64,000 nucleotides of DNA from Tetramitus jugosus (taxonomy: Eukaryota > Protista > Heterolobosea), in contig OW569353.1 of assembly GCA_937625935.1 (NCBI GenBank), forward strand, positions 310,001 to 374,000. Direction: 5' to 3'. The stretch's first letter is position 1, and each line of letters opens with the position of its first letter. Below, piece by piece: positions 33,901 to 43,024 of this stretch. The position numbers and the translations under genes were made by a program. Below the pieces are notes generated by a model. It saw nothing but the letters and a program-made list of their open reading frames with translations. It was not told where the DNA came from and did no database searches.

Positions 33901-36156
33901 TTAGAACTGCTCTCCATTCGAAACAGTGAGACGGTTGAGAACAGTAGTGGTAGTAGTGGCAGTAGTAGTCCCGTTGATAATCTTGACTTGGAACTGTTGT
34001 GTGGCAACATTGATGGCTTAATCATTCTCAGCTCTGTTCAATCCAAAATCAGTCCTCAACTCAAATCGAAGCTCAAAATTCTCGAAGGCTTTCCCATTCT
34101 GTTCCTCTTCCAAGGATTGGAGCGATGCTCTGACATTTACAGTGCACTAAGAGAGAAAGAATTGATTGAGAGAGAGATTAACAGCATTTATTCTACTTCC
34201 AACCAGACCTCATACAAGCCATTTATTATTCATGAGACAACGTGGTCCTCCTTCAATCATGGGCACAACAGCGCTGGCAATATCCCTCGATTGAATGCCA
34301 AACAAAAGTCTCTCAACAACTCCATTCTCTGCAAATTCTTTAGAGAGGCAATCGATATATCAATGGAAAGAATTGTGTCCAGACATGATCGGGAGGACAC
34401 TGTCATTACAATACATTGCGTGGATCACTTGTTGGAATCATTCAAGCAACAAAATGACTCAAAGGATCAGCCGAGACGCACAAACAGTCATAGTAATATG
34501 GAGCAAGTATTGTTATTGACCAATAGTGCAAATGAGAGTGACAATGGAAATCAGAGCCAGGCCAGCGAAGATCGAAATATTTGGTTCTTTGGATTGGACA
34601 ATGAACGAGAATCGGTCATATCTGCTGTGAATACACTTCACTACTCGCTTCTAAATCAGCTAACTGATCAAGTGGAAGAGGAATGTGATGACACCATGCT
34701 GGATAACAACAAACATACACAAACAACCACGAATCTCAATCATAGTGATCAGAGCGTCGATAAGAGCGAAGAAATAAGTGAGGTGATTGATGAGCCAAAG
34801 ATATTGATCTGTATTCGAAACAGAGAACAATTCTCGAATCCAAAAACAATTCTGCCCACGGCAAAGGGGTCCAAGTCATCATCACACAACACGGCACCAA
34901 ACAATAGAACAATGATTCGAAACACGCTAGTGAATGCTGTGAATAGTGTTGTCGCAGCAGCAAGTGAATCTGGACTGAGTAATCCACGTACAACCAGCAA
35001 GCAATCGAGTGTGTTGGACATGACATCTATACCGGTCATACGAAGAGACATCTCCTCTCTGTCCAATGTTGTGTGCAGTTCACCTAGCAGTGAAATGAAG
35101 AGAGCTAAATCTCCACACCATGTTTCGAGAAAGACAGCATCCAAAGTGACATCTTCAACAGCCAAGAGGCTGTTTGATGATACATACGATGTCAGTACGG
35201 GTTCAGATCTTATCAAATCTCAGTCAGCAGATAGCTTGAATCCCAAGATGAGATCTCCCTCTTCAGCAACATCCATCTCTTCACCATCATTTAACACCAA
35301 CAATAATAGTGTTGGATCATCCTCCGAGTTGCAACAACGACATCATTACCAACAGCATTATCAGGAGAGAATGTTGAATGATTTGTCTCGAACTGATCAT
35401 GGTCTTCAAGACACTCGCCCTATGTCCAACTCTCAATCGCTGACAAACTTTCAGATATTCAACGTAGGAATCGCAGACAGCGAATCACTGTTCCCTGATG
35501 GCTATGGTTCTTATCGCTCCTCTGGTTCACCGTCTAGTCCCAGATCCCCTGCTACCTATTCTCCTCTAATGCCACCACCGTCAAGCCTCCTTTCATCATC
35601 CACACAGGATCAACAACAGCAAAACTCTTCATCGGTCGAGTTGGAAACTGAACCTAGTGTGACATCTGAAAACGAGTCCATTATCATCATGGATAACAAC
35701 TATACATGCAATACGATGCCTACAGTGATGACCACTGGCATCCACAAGAATGATATTGTTGTTTTGTGTGTAGAGCTATCAGGTAGAGTTTTAATTGCAG
35801 GTGAAAACGGCATTTTCACCACCTTCCTGCAGGAAGTGAGAAAGAAAACCAAGAACATTGTATTGTTCGTTGATCGGTTGGATCGAAGTGTGGGCGAAGT
35901 AACACCGTCCGAAGAAGAGCCACTGCAACAGAACAGTGCCATAACGATGAATGTTCAACCGTCCAATGATGCCATCATTCACCTACAGCAGCAAATACAC
36001 AGCATACTGTACGGTGATGCATTGGACATTGAACTGGATAAGGAGTTGCAGCACTCTCAACAAACAAACGAATACTTTAGACACAGGTGCTACTATTGGA
36101 GCAAGAGAGACACCAAGGACTCACTGACAGATTTTTGGTATCACGTGCTCAAATAA
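30988..36156 (+). CDS. Large low-complexity protein (about 1720 aa) with degenerate P-loop-GTPase-like segments
   Basis: Uninterrupted ORF with N/S/T/D/H homopolymers separating globular blocks such as NIDGLIIL...PILFLFQGLE and NDIVVLCV...NIVLFVDRLD. Confidence 0.75.
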   Translation: MWNGVWKNPQHGFYANAVPLSPKSNNNNNNNNNNNSSNNTAASSSTSSTLSSYLSMFSSSNTTTTPEPTSPLLSPPPPPPSSSSSPSSPTTITTMNAKTSVTKSNKQNNNNNSSSSSRNKTDHAQSSSSSLLSIKTDRNHDDSTTTNTQNNVLMIIDPNERNKQLSPLSSSTMTQQTTIVPTLVSSSSSVSSPFFVPLSPHTTFYRAKKRSAQSSLNHNRIQNQSSSIPHNMNNTSSTTTMTASFSTNNNSSNNNHSSNKREWGIFMLENTSHDKYVHFGMRGLHIKWHKQYKPTIIPIRKQQQQQQQQSTTTNTNTNTNTSNNKYRQNNSNNNNNNNSSSNNNDDMICSNIVRLQLKPNSFCIGYYPLKHPNSQLLFVIELHDYSHHYQRMRHNNTTSNSNMKMNTRTTTDDDDGDGDDDDVIHLSSSLSSMTNSMFIPSFLQVYNNNNNNKNGHHHHHHNQNDLLSNNKKNTSHNSNNSNNSNSSSNHKTNNNNNNILDDNIKMHPPTQTAIDDVFGDDSEDDDDSDDDGDDHKNNHNHNVNNDDDDDEQHKRNESHYMTNEHVVNHHHHHHNSEKRRHSATASSSTSIIHSRLMYFIDHQNKYDIILSCKAIAQSNSTTHNHSNDQSSHLPFYSLFSLPSYLSLSSSSTTTTTMNNDKLMIGSPLYSMSVEPITYRFFSDYRPLSMHNAPLLYLNHNMSYDKMNRIDFHHLNNNNNNNNNSSSSSSNTNSSYLSSLLSSNTVVGMSGGIGNNSNSQPSSSSLAYKLNIYHLISCLFEDDDIDTIRNETLYHLLELSKMKDNVNLLLIIDDTNDTNDDDGNSAQSSNCDDMDHNRFECSKDVVIDYMYHTMNQSILQPMFQTSNHTHRNTNSKRNSNNKKNKDTNNIYDDDNRYDDDDSDREESYDSDDEQEEVGQEQQWEQSLLQWFKNIVEVKCCATLQNEQHGEPLCSSSIKNLLFQFSNENTDRSLELLSIRNSETVENSSGSSGSSSPVDNLDLELLCGNIDGLIILSSVQSKISPQLKSKLKILEGFPILFLFQGLERCSDIYSALREKELIEREINSIYSTSNQTSYKPFIIHETTWSSFNHGHNSAGNIPRLNAKQKSLNNSILCKFFREAIDISMERIVSRHDREDTVITIHCVDHLLESFKQQNDSKDQPRRTNSHSNMEQVLLLTNSANESDNGNQSQASEDRNIWFFGLDNERESVISAVNTLHYSLLNQLTDQVEEECDDTMLDNNKHTQTTTNLNHSDQSVDKSEEISEVIDEPKILICIRNREQFSNPKTILPTAKGSKSSSHNTAPNNRTMIRNTLVNAVNSVVAAASESGLSNPRTTSKQSSVLDMTSIPVIRRDISSLSNVVCSSPSSEMKRAKSPHHVSRKTASKVTSSTAKRLFDDTYDVSTGSDLIKSQSADSLNPKMRSPSSATSISSPSFNTNNNSVGSSSELQQRHHYQQHYQERMLNDLSRTDHGLQDTRPMSNSQSLTNFQIFNVGIADSESLFPDGYGSYRSSGSPSSPRSPATYSPLMPPPSSLLSSSTQDQQQQNSSSVELETEPSVTSENESIIIMDNNYTCNTMPTVMTTGIHKNDIVVLCVELSGRVLIAGENGIFTTFLQEVRKKTKNIVLFVDRLDRSVGEVTPSEEEPLQQNSAITMNVQPSNDAIIHLQQQIHSILYGDALDIELDKELQHSQQTNEYFRHRCYYWSKRDTKDSLTDFWYHVLK
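31880..33180 (+). repeat. Dense coding trinucleotide microsatellites (CAA/AAC, AAT, AGT, GAT, CAT)
   Basis: Examples are (CAA)n near 31891-31914, (AAT)n near 31981-32001 and (GAT)n near 32221 and 32620, encoding poly-Q/N/S/D/H. Confidence 0.85.
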
Positions 36157-36270
36157 AGTGAACATGTCTGGATACTACCACAGCAGTAGTCAACCTCGGG
36201 CAGAGACAACAACAACAACAATTTGACAAAGTTTAGAAAATGCTAGTGTTTTTTAATGTGTGTTACCAAT

Positions 36271-37845
36271 TTACTCCTTCTTCTTCTTGGCAGCCTTCTC
36301 AGCCTTCTTGGCAGCCTTTGCAGCCTTCTTTGCCTTCTTGTCAGACTTCTTGGAGCTCTTCTTCTCTTCAGAGCTGCTCTTGGACTCTGGTGTTTTTACA
36401 TCGTCTTCACTCTTCTTATTCTTCTTGGATGGTGTTTCAGTCTTTTGCTTCTTGGTGCTTTGTTCTTCGTCGTCGTCTTCGGATGATGATCTCTTTCTCT
36501 TGATGGAAGACTTTCGTGTTGGTGCAGCGTCCTCCTTCATGCTCTCCTCCTCGTCTGCGCTCACTTGCTTCTGCACCTCTCTCATCAAATCAATATTCTT
36601 CTTGAGTTCAACGCCCTTGCCTCCCTGTTCATAGTATGCCAATCTCTCTTCGACCTGATCTCTCAACATTTCACCAAACTTGCTGGTTGGAGTGTCTTGG
36701 AAAGAGTCGATGCGCACAGCAACAGAGCACTTGTTGGCCAAGTATCTAGAAATCTTACCCTTGTTCTGCTTGCTTGCCTTGCTAATAAAGCTAGAGTTGT
36801 AAATGAGACCGTACTTTGGAGTGTTGCCACGAGTCTTGAGTGCTCTGAACAATGCCTTCTCAGCACCCAGAATCTGCAGAGTACTGGCAGGGCACTTGGA
36901 CAGATTGATCATGCTGCCAGCCTTGGAGATGAGACGTGCACCCACCTTTTCACCCAACAAGCAAGTCAGATTCGGTGCCACATCGTGCATCTTTGTTTGC
37001 AAATAGTGAGTCAATTCGGCTTGATAATCAGACAGAGACACCACCTTGTTGGCAAACAGTTCAATGTTGATCATGTCATACTCGGAACAGTCGGTACCCA
37101 TGCTGCTCTTGGCTGCTTGGACAATGGCACGAGACACTTGTTCGTCCTTTGTGATGGCAGTCAATGCATCCATAGACTCGTCGGTCAGTGTGGCTCGATC
37201 ACGAATCAACAAGACAATCTTGGAGTAGCTTGCATTGTCCTTGACTAGCTTGTTCAATTCTGGGAAATGCCATCCGTACCACTCTCTCATTCTCATGGAA
37301 AAAGTGTTCACGTCCTTGTCCAGTTGATCGAGCATGGCAATGGCCTGAATAATCATATTGTCAGCCTTGTTGACATTGAACTTGACCTTGGCACGCGAGT
37401 AGGCATGGGAGAGACCCAATTGAGCCTTCTCTACATCACCCTTCTTGACTCCCTTGATGAGTTTGTGAATGTGGAATCGAATGCCTCTCAACAACTCAAA
37501 CACGGCATCATCTGTAAAGCATGTGACATTCTTCATTGATTCTTGAATGGCACCACCCAATTTGCTCTCAAACAATCCCAATCTCACATCCTTCATCTTT
37601 GAGAGATTCATCTCCAAAAAGTTTTCCAAAAACTCGTGAAGAATACCCTCGGAAATGTTGTTGGCATTCTCTAGACCGTGCTCTGGTGTCTCAAATGGTG
37701 CAAATGAAACAAATTTTATCATTTTGGAGAAGGAAGAGTAGTCAAGAATGTTTTGTTGAAGTTTGCTCAGGGCAATTTCTTCCATTTCTTGTCTCTGAAA
37801 CAGTGCGTAACCAAGTGCACTCTCAAACAGTAAAAATGTTGGCAT
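36271..37845 (-). CDS. NOP56: Nucleolar protein 56 (box C/D snoRNP)
   Basis: FLLFESALGYALF, LGLSHAYSRAKVKFNVNKADNMIIQAI, REWYGWHFPEL, PASTLQILGAEKALFRALK, NKGKISRYLANKCS and a Lys-rich tail. ATG at 37845. Confidence 0.96.
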   Translation of the reverse strand: MPTFLLFESALGYALFQRQEMEEIALSKLQQNILDYSSFSKMIKFVSFAPFETPEHGLENANNISEGILHEFLENFLEMNLSKMKDVRLGLFESKLGGAIQESMKNVTCFTDDAVFELLRGIRFHIHKLIKGVKKGDVEKAQLGLSHAYSRAKVKFNVNKADNMIIQAIAMLDQLDKDVNTFSMRMREWYGWHFPELNKLVKDNASYSKIVLLIRDRATLTDESMDALTAITKDEQVSRAIVQAAKSSMGTDCSEYDMINIELFANKVVSLSDYQAELTHYLQTKMHDVAPNLTCLLGEKVGARLISKAGSMINLSKCPASTLQILGAEKALFRALKTRGNTPKYGLIYNSSFISKASKQNKGKISRYLANKCSVAVRIDSFQDTPTSKFGEMLRDQVEERLAYYEQGGKGVELKKNIDLMREVQKQVSADEEESMKEDAAPTRKSSIKRKRSSSEDDDEEQSTKKQKTETPSKKNKKSEDDVKTPESKSSSEEKKSSKKSDKKAKKAAKAAKKAEKAAKKKKE

Positions 37846-37979
37846 GATGATGATGATGTATTTGTTGTTGGTGTGTGTGAAACTGTGAAACTGGGGTGCT
37901 TTTTTTTTTGGTGTGGCGCAAAAAAATACAGAGAGGTGAAAATTTGTGCATGCCCGTTTCACACATGTGCATAGTTTGA

Positions 37980-37991
37980 TTGAACGTTCAA
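37980..37991. promoter_or_regulatory. Palindrome TTGAACGTTCAA upstream of NOP56
   Basis: Lies about 135-146 nt before the ATG; an RRPE-like TGAAAATTTG is at 37937-37946. Confidence 0.45.
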
Positions 37992-38074
37992 TCTCAACAT
38001 TTTATTCTCTTTGCGCAGTGTGGGTCTCGTCTCAGATACAAAAACAGTGTCAATCACTTGTGTGGGTGTGATGA

Positions 38075-38752
38075 TCATCGACTCACCAATTTCACATATT
38101 GTCTTGGATTGTCATTACTCTTTTCTTGTTGTTGTTGTTGTTGAGTGGCTCTTCTCTGCCTTTCTCTCACTTCTTGTCTGCTCCTCTGTTGAATTTGTTG
38201 AGCATAGGCAGATGCTGTTCTCTTGGGTGCGATCCCTGATTTTGGTTGTTGTTCTTGTTGTTGTTGCTTCTCCAACTCGTGTCTCAATTCATCATTGTTC
38301 ATCAATTGATCCACATGAAATGTTTCCATGTGACTCAATCTCAATCTATAAATCTTTTCTTGAATCTCTTGTTGAAGCTTTGGATCACCATATGTCTCCT
38401 TTATATAGTCTGCTTCTTCACTTACGCCATTGGAGGAAATGTTGTTGTTTTCAGCACTGCGCTTAATCAAGTGACCATAATCACGATTCAACATTTCATC
38501 AATCTTTTCTGATAGTGTTGGATGATGTGTCGTTTCTTCTTCTTCATTGTTGTTGTTATTATTGTTGTTATTGTTATTGTTATCGGATGAATAACATTTG
38601 TGATTGTTGCGACAACAACAGGTGCCTGGATGATGGTGATGGTGATGATGGTTGAATGAGAGAGACGACGATGGGGCAATGGTGATGTGAATGGAGGGAG
38701 TTTGTTTGATCAGCAATGATCGTGTGAGTCGCTTGGAGAATGGTGCTAGCAT
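38075..38752 (-). CDS. Hypothetical protein with a possible mitochondrial presequence
   Basis: 225-aa ORF with an N-terminus rich in R/S/L (MLAPFSKRLTRSLLIK) and poly-H/N/Q tracts typical of its neighbours. Confidence 0.65.
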   Translation of the reverse strand: MLAPFSKRLTRSLLIKQTPSIHITIAPSSSLSFNHHHHHHHPGTCCCRNNHKCYSSDNNNNNNNNNNNNEEEETTHHPTLSEKIDEMLNRDYGHLIKRSAENNNISSNGVSEEADYIKETYGDPKLQQEIQEKIYRLRLSHMETFHVDQLMNNDELRHELEKQQQQEQQPKSGIAPKRTASAYAQQIQQRSRQEVRERQRRATQQQQQQEKSNDNPRQYVKLVSR

Positions 38753-38880
38753 GTTGATTTGTTTTCTTTCGCTGCGTTGGATAATGTTCTCGTTTCTGGG
38801 GGCGAGTTGTTTTTGATTTGTTCAGTTGGTTTTATTTATTTACAGGTTTGGGGTAGTTTGGGGGCACCGGGTCGTATCCA

Positions 38881-41800
38881 TTACTGACTTCTTGGTGTCT
38901 TACGAACGACAGAGTAGTTCAATGTCTGACTTGTTGGAGTATCATGCAAGTGCTTTTCTCTTGAGAATGATTCCATATCTTCGTCCTCTTCTTCTTCCAA
39001 CTCTTCAATCTGAGGGTGCTGAGTCGTTGTATACTTCATCTTCTTTTGTTTGTGACCAGAGGTGGCAGCAGAGATGTGAACAATGGAGTGATCAGGCAAT
39101 TCACCACTAATAATCATCTTTGACAAGTCAGTCATGATATTTCTCTCGAGATAACGTCTCAATGGACGTGCACCGTATGCTGGATCGTAGGCCTCATTGA
39201 GAATCACGTCCAATGCACTCTGTTCCATATCGACATCAATATCTCTCTCTCGCAATCTCTCTGTAATACTGTTAATCATGTTTCGTGCGATGCCATACAA
39301 GTTTTGACTCGAGAGAGGCTGGAAGATGACAATATCGTCCAATCGATTCAAGAACTCTGGTCTAAAGTGACTTCTGACTGCATCCATCACCTTTTCTCTC
39401 GTCTTTTCGTCCAGTGTCACACTTTCTTTTGTGCTGTCATCTCCACCACTCAGAACACTGGTACTCTTCTTGAGCAAGAACTCTGAACCGAGATTCGAAG
39501 TCAGAATGATCACAGTGTTCGAAAAGTCAACGGTTCTGCCCTGTCCGTCAGTCAACCTTCCCTCATCCAATACTTGCAGCAGCACATTCATCACTCGTTG
39601 ATGCGCTTTTTCAACTTCGTCAAGCAGAACGACATTGTAAGGTCTCCTTCTTACTGCTTCGGTTAGGAACCCTCCGACATCGTAGCCGACATATCCCGGT
39701 GGGCTGCCAATCAACCGAGACACCGAGTGAGCTTCCATGTACTCGCTCATATCAATTCTGACCATGTGTTTATCATCGTCGAACAATTCAAATGCCAATG
39801 CTTTGGCAAGCTCGGTTTTTCCTATTGTAAAACAAAATAACGTCATGGTGAGAAATACAGAAAAATAGAAACACAACATTAGAAAGAGAGAATATTCAGA
39901 CAGTGTGACTTACCGACACCAGTTGAGCCCAGGAACAAGAAACTACCAGTGGGTTGATTAGGTCTACTGAGACCAGCTCTAGATCTCAAGACTGCCTCTG
40001 CAACAGCTTCTACGGCTTCATCTTGACCAATGACTCGTTTCTTTAAAAAGTCTCCCAGATGCAACAGCTTTTCTCGTTCCGATTGGTTCAATTTAGAGGT
40101 AGGGATGCCTGTCCATCTCGAAATTACCTCTGTAATTTGTTCTGGACCAACGACATCAGACACGAGTGGTTGACTCTCATTGTCTGATGATGACGATGCT
40201 GATTCCATCTTTTTCTTGTCAATCTGTGCTCTCAAATCTTGAATGCTCTTTTCCAATTCTGGTATGGCACCGTACTTTAGATCGGCCACCAGTGCCAAAT
40301 CTCTTCTTCGTTCAGCGTCAGCCATCTTGTTCCTCAACTCATCCAACTTTTTGCTCCTTGTTCGAAGTTGATCCACCAGTGATGATTCCGCTTGGAATCG
40401 CTTCTTTAGTGGTTCCAACTCTTGCTTAATCTTGCCGACTTGACTTCTCACATCTTCGAGTCTCTGCTTGGATGATTCATCCTTTTCCTTGCTCAGTGCA
40501 GTCTCCTCCACTTCCAACTGCAGCAATCGTCTCTCCAGTTGATCAATAATCTCTGGTTGGGAGTCCAGTTGGACACGTGTGCTCGCACATGCCTCATCCA
40601 CCAGATCAATAGCCTTGTCTGGCAAGAAACGATTGGTAATGTATCTCTTGCTCAATTGAGCGGCCTTGACGAGTGCAGCATCAGAGATGCGAACACCGTG
40701 ATGCATCTCATACTTTTCCTTGAGGCCTCTGAGAATGCTCACAGTGTCCTCCACCGATGGCTCAGCAACGTGAACTTGTTGGAATCTACGTTCGAACGCT
40801 GCGTCCTTCTCCACATACTTTCTATATTCGTCCAGTGTGGTACTTCCGATGCATCTCAATTGACCACGAGCCAACATGGGTTTCAACAGATTGGCCGCAT
40901 CCATACCACTGTCACCACTGCTGCCTGCTCCCATCACCAAATGAATCTCATCGATGAACAGGATGACACCGCCACTCTTGTCAGAAGAGGCCTGAGTCAC
41001 TTCATTCAACAAGGATTTCAATCGTTCTTCAAATTCTCCACGATACTTGGCACCACTGATCAATGCCCCCATATCAAGCGAGTACAGTTGGGCATTGAGA
41101 TTCTTTGGCACATCGCCTCTCACTATTCTCTGAGCGAGTCCTTCGACGATTGCAGTCTTACCTGTTGAGAATTAGTATTGTTGTTGTGTGATAAAGATAT
41201 ACAATGTGTGAGTCAATGATGCATCCAATGATTCATGATTTAAGATGTATATGCAACAATGATCAACTTACCTGTACCTGGTTCACCAATCAACACTGGA
41301 TTGTTCTTTGTTCGACGAGACAGAATACGAATGACTCTTCGAATCTCATCATCTCTACCAATGACCGGATCTAACTTGCCTTGCATGGCCAACTGTACCA
41401 TATTGACAGCGTACTTGTTGAGTGCATCATACGTGTTCTCTGCATTCTTTGAGTCAACTTTTCTGTTGCCTCTCATGTCCCGAATCGCCTGTTCCAATCT
41501 CTTGACAGCTGTCATGGACTTGTCTTGTGGCTGTTGTTGTTGTTGTTGAGCACTGCTGCAATTGTTGACCACTTGTTGAATGTCTTCATCCTTGTCCAAC
41601 AGTGATAACAACAGGTGATCCACTGCCATGTAGGTATCATTGTTCTTCTTTTGCAAGTCATGTGCATAATTTAAAATCTTTAGCAGTTTGTTATTGGGTT
41701 GCAACGTCTCTGGTGGTGGTGATTGCTTGGCAATCTTGGCAAACATTTGATCCAGTGAGTCATTGAGTTTCTTCGTGTCGATTTGACACTTTGTGCAAGC

Positions 41801-41944
41801 ATGATAGGCAATGCCGTCCTTGTCCGAGAAGAGCACTTTTGCCAGATGAACCGGTGCAAAGTACACATGCTCCTTGGTCTTTGCCAGTTCCATGGCTTTG
41901 ATGATGGTTTCATTGGTTTTTTCAGTCCACTTGTTGGGATCCAT
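38881..41944 (-). CDS. HSP101: Cytosolic Hsp101/Hsp104/ClpB disaggregase, 3 exons
   Basis: [11 protein letters not shown]-domain, NBD1 ([23 protein letters not shown]), M-domain and NBD2 ([31 protein letters not shown]). Introns at 41162-41271 and 39822-39913. Confidence 0.97.
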
Positions 41945-42173
41945 TGTGTTTATGTATGTACAATAGAATATCTATATGTATGATGATGATGATGATGATC
42001 TGATTGGTGTTATTCTCGAGTTGTTTGCTTCTCACTTATGGTGGCTGGAGGAAAAATCAGAGCGAAGAGATCTGAACTCACAAAATAATTGATCTCCGGT
42101 TTTTTCATCGGGATGGTTGAATTCCGACACGATTCCTCTATTCCGGTCATGTGAAATTTCCGAAAAAGGTGGC

Positions 42174-42179
42174 GAAAAA
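42174..42179 (-). terminator. Pol III oligo-T terminator of the tRNA
   Basis: TTTTT on the minus strand a few nt 3' of the tRNA discriminator base. Confidence 0.7.
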
Positions 42180-42184
42180 TGGAA

Positions 42185-42258
42185 TGCGGCCAGTGGGACT
42201 CGAACCCACAATCTTCGACTCCGGAGGTCGACGAGTTAATCCTTTTCTCCATGGCCAC
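42185..42258 (-). tRNA. tRNA-Arg (anticodon CCG), intronless
   Basis: Cloverleaf with acceptor stem GTGGCCA/TGGCCGC, D arm with GG and A20, anticodon stem TCGAC/GTCGA around loop CT-CCG-GA, and T arm GTGGG-TTCGAGT-CCCAC. Confidence 0.95.
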
Positions 42259-42914
42259 TGTTGTATTCCGATTCAAAATAGACAAATGTATGTGTTAATC
42301 GGAGAAATTAGCAATATATGAAGCTTGAATGGTTCACTTCACAAGTCAAAGGCAAAAGCTTCACCCAAAGGATTGTGTTATAAAACATCTCGACGGATGT
42401 AAGATATGGACAAAAAAAGTATTCTGCATTGCCTTGGGAATTGTCCAGTTACCAGGATTTTACTCTCAAAGGACACAAAAAGGTTAAGCTCTACGTCAAT
42501 GCATAACTCGCAATATGTTGATATTTGGTTTGATAACCAGCAGTGGTGCAATGGAAAACGAACGGGAATGTTCAAGCTGTTCTATTGATAGTTAGTGAAC
42601 ATGTCCGATCAACACCGACAGCCAGCAGAAATATTGTGCTTGAAGTTAACCAACACACACAGAATTGAACTTCAGTTGTAGAATTAGGTCAAGAGCAAGC
42701 AAAGCAAAGAAAACGACAAAAACTTCATATGAAAAGCAATATTATAAGCAAAGCGAAAATAAAAGAATTAATTTATAAATTAACATAGTACTTTGTTTAT
42801 CTTGTCTTTTAATATATGACATTATAAATGAAAATTACATAGAAAAGAAATAAAAAATTTCATCTGATTAACAAATTTAATTATTAACTCTATATTTATT
42901 TTCATTAATTCTGT

Positions 42915-43023
42915 TTTCCAAAAAAATTGAAACTCACAGGTATGTGTTATCGAATTGTCTGTGAACTGGTTTTTACTACGTCCTGATGATTGTATCGCCC
43001 CCAACCTGGTATGCGCAAGGTTT
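42915..43023 (-). ncRNA. Candidate U4-like snRNA or snRNA remnant
   Basis: 5' AACCTTGCGCA, a central AAAAAC, a hairpin TTCACAG/CTGTGAG and an Sm-site-like AATTTTTTTGG. No clear kink-turn. Confidence 0.25.
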
Positions 43024-43024
43024 A

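Noticed and set aside
36565-37248. 227-aa antisense ORF in NOP56, and a similar 209-aa ORF at 40539-41168 in HSP101
   Set aside because: These are shadow ORFs of conserved, codon-biased genes; antisense ORFs are a known artefact in such genes.
42010-42170. Heat-shock elements upstream of HSP101
   Set aside because: GAA/TTC words are present (for example GAAATTTCCGAA), but the spacing does not give three correctly phased nGAAn units.
41945-42258. Dicistronic tRNA-HSP101 transcript (same strand, about 240 nt apart)
   Set aside because: A T5 Pol III terminator directly follows the tRNA.
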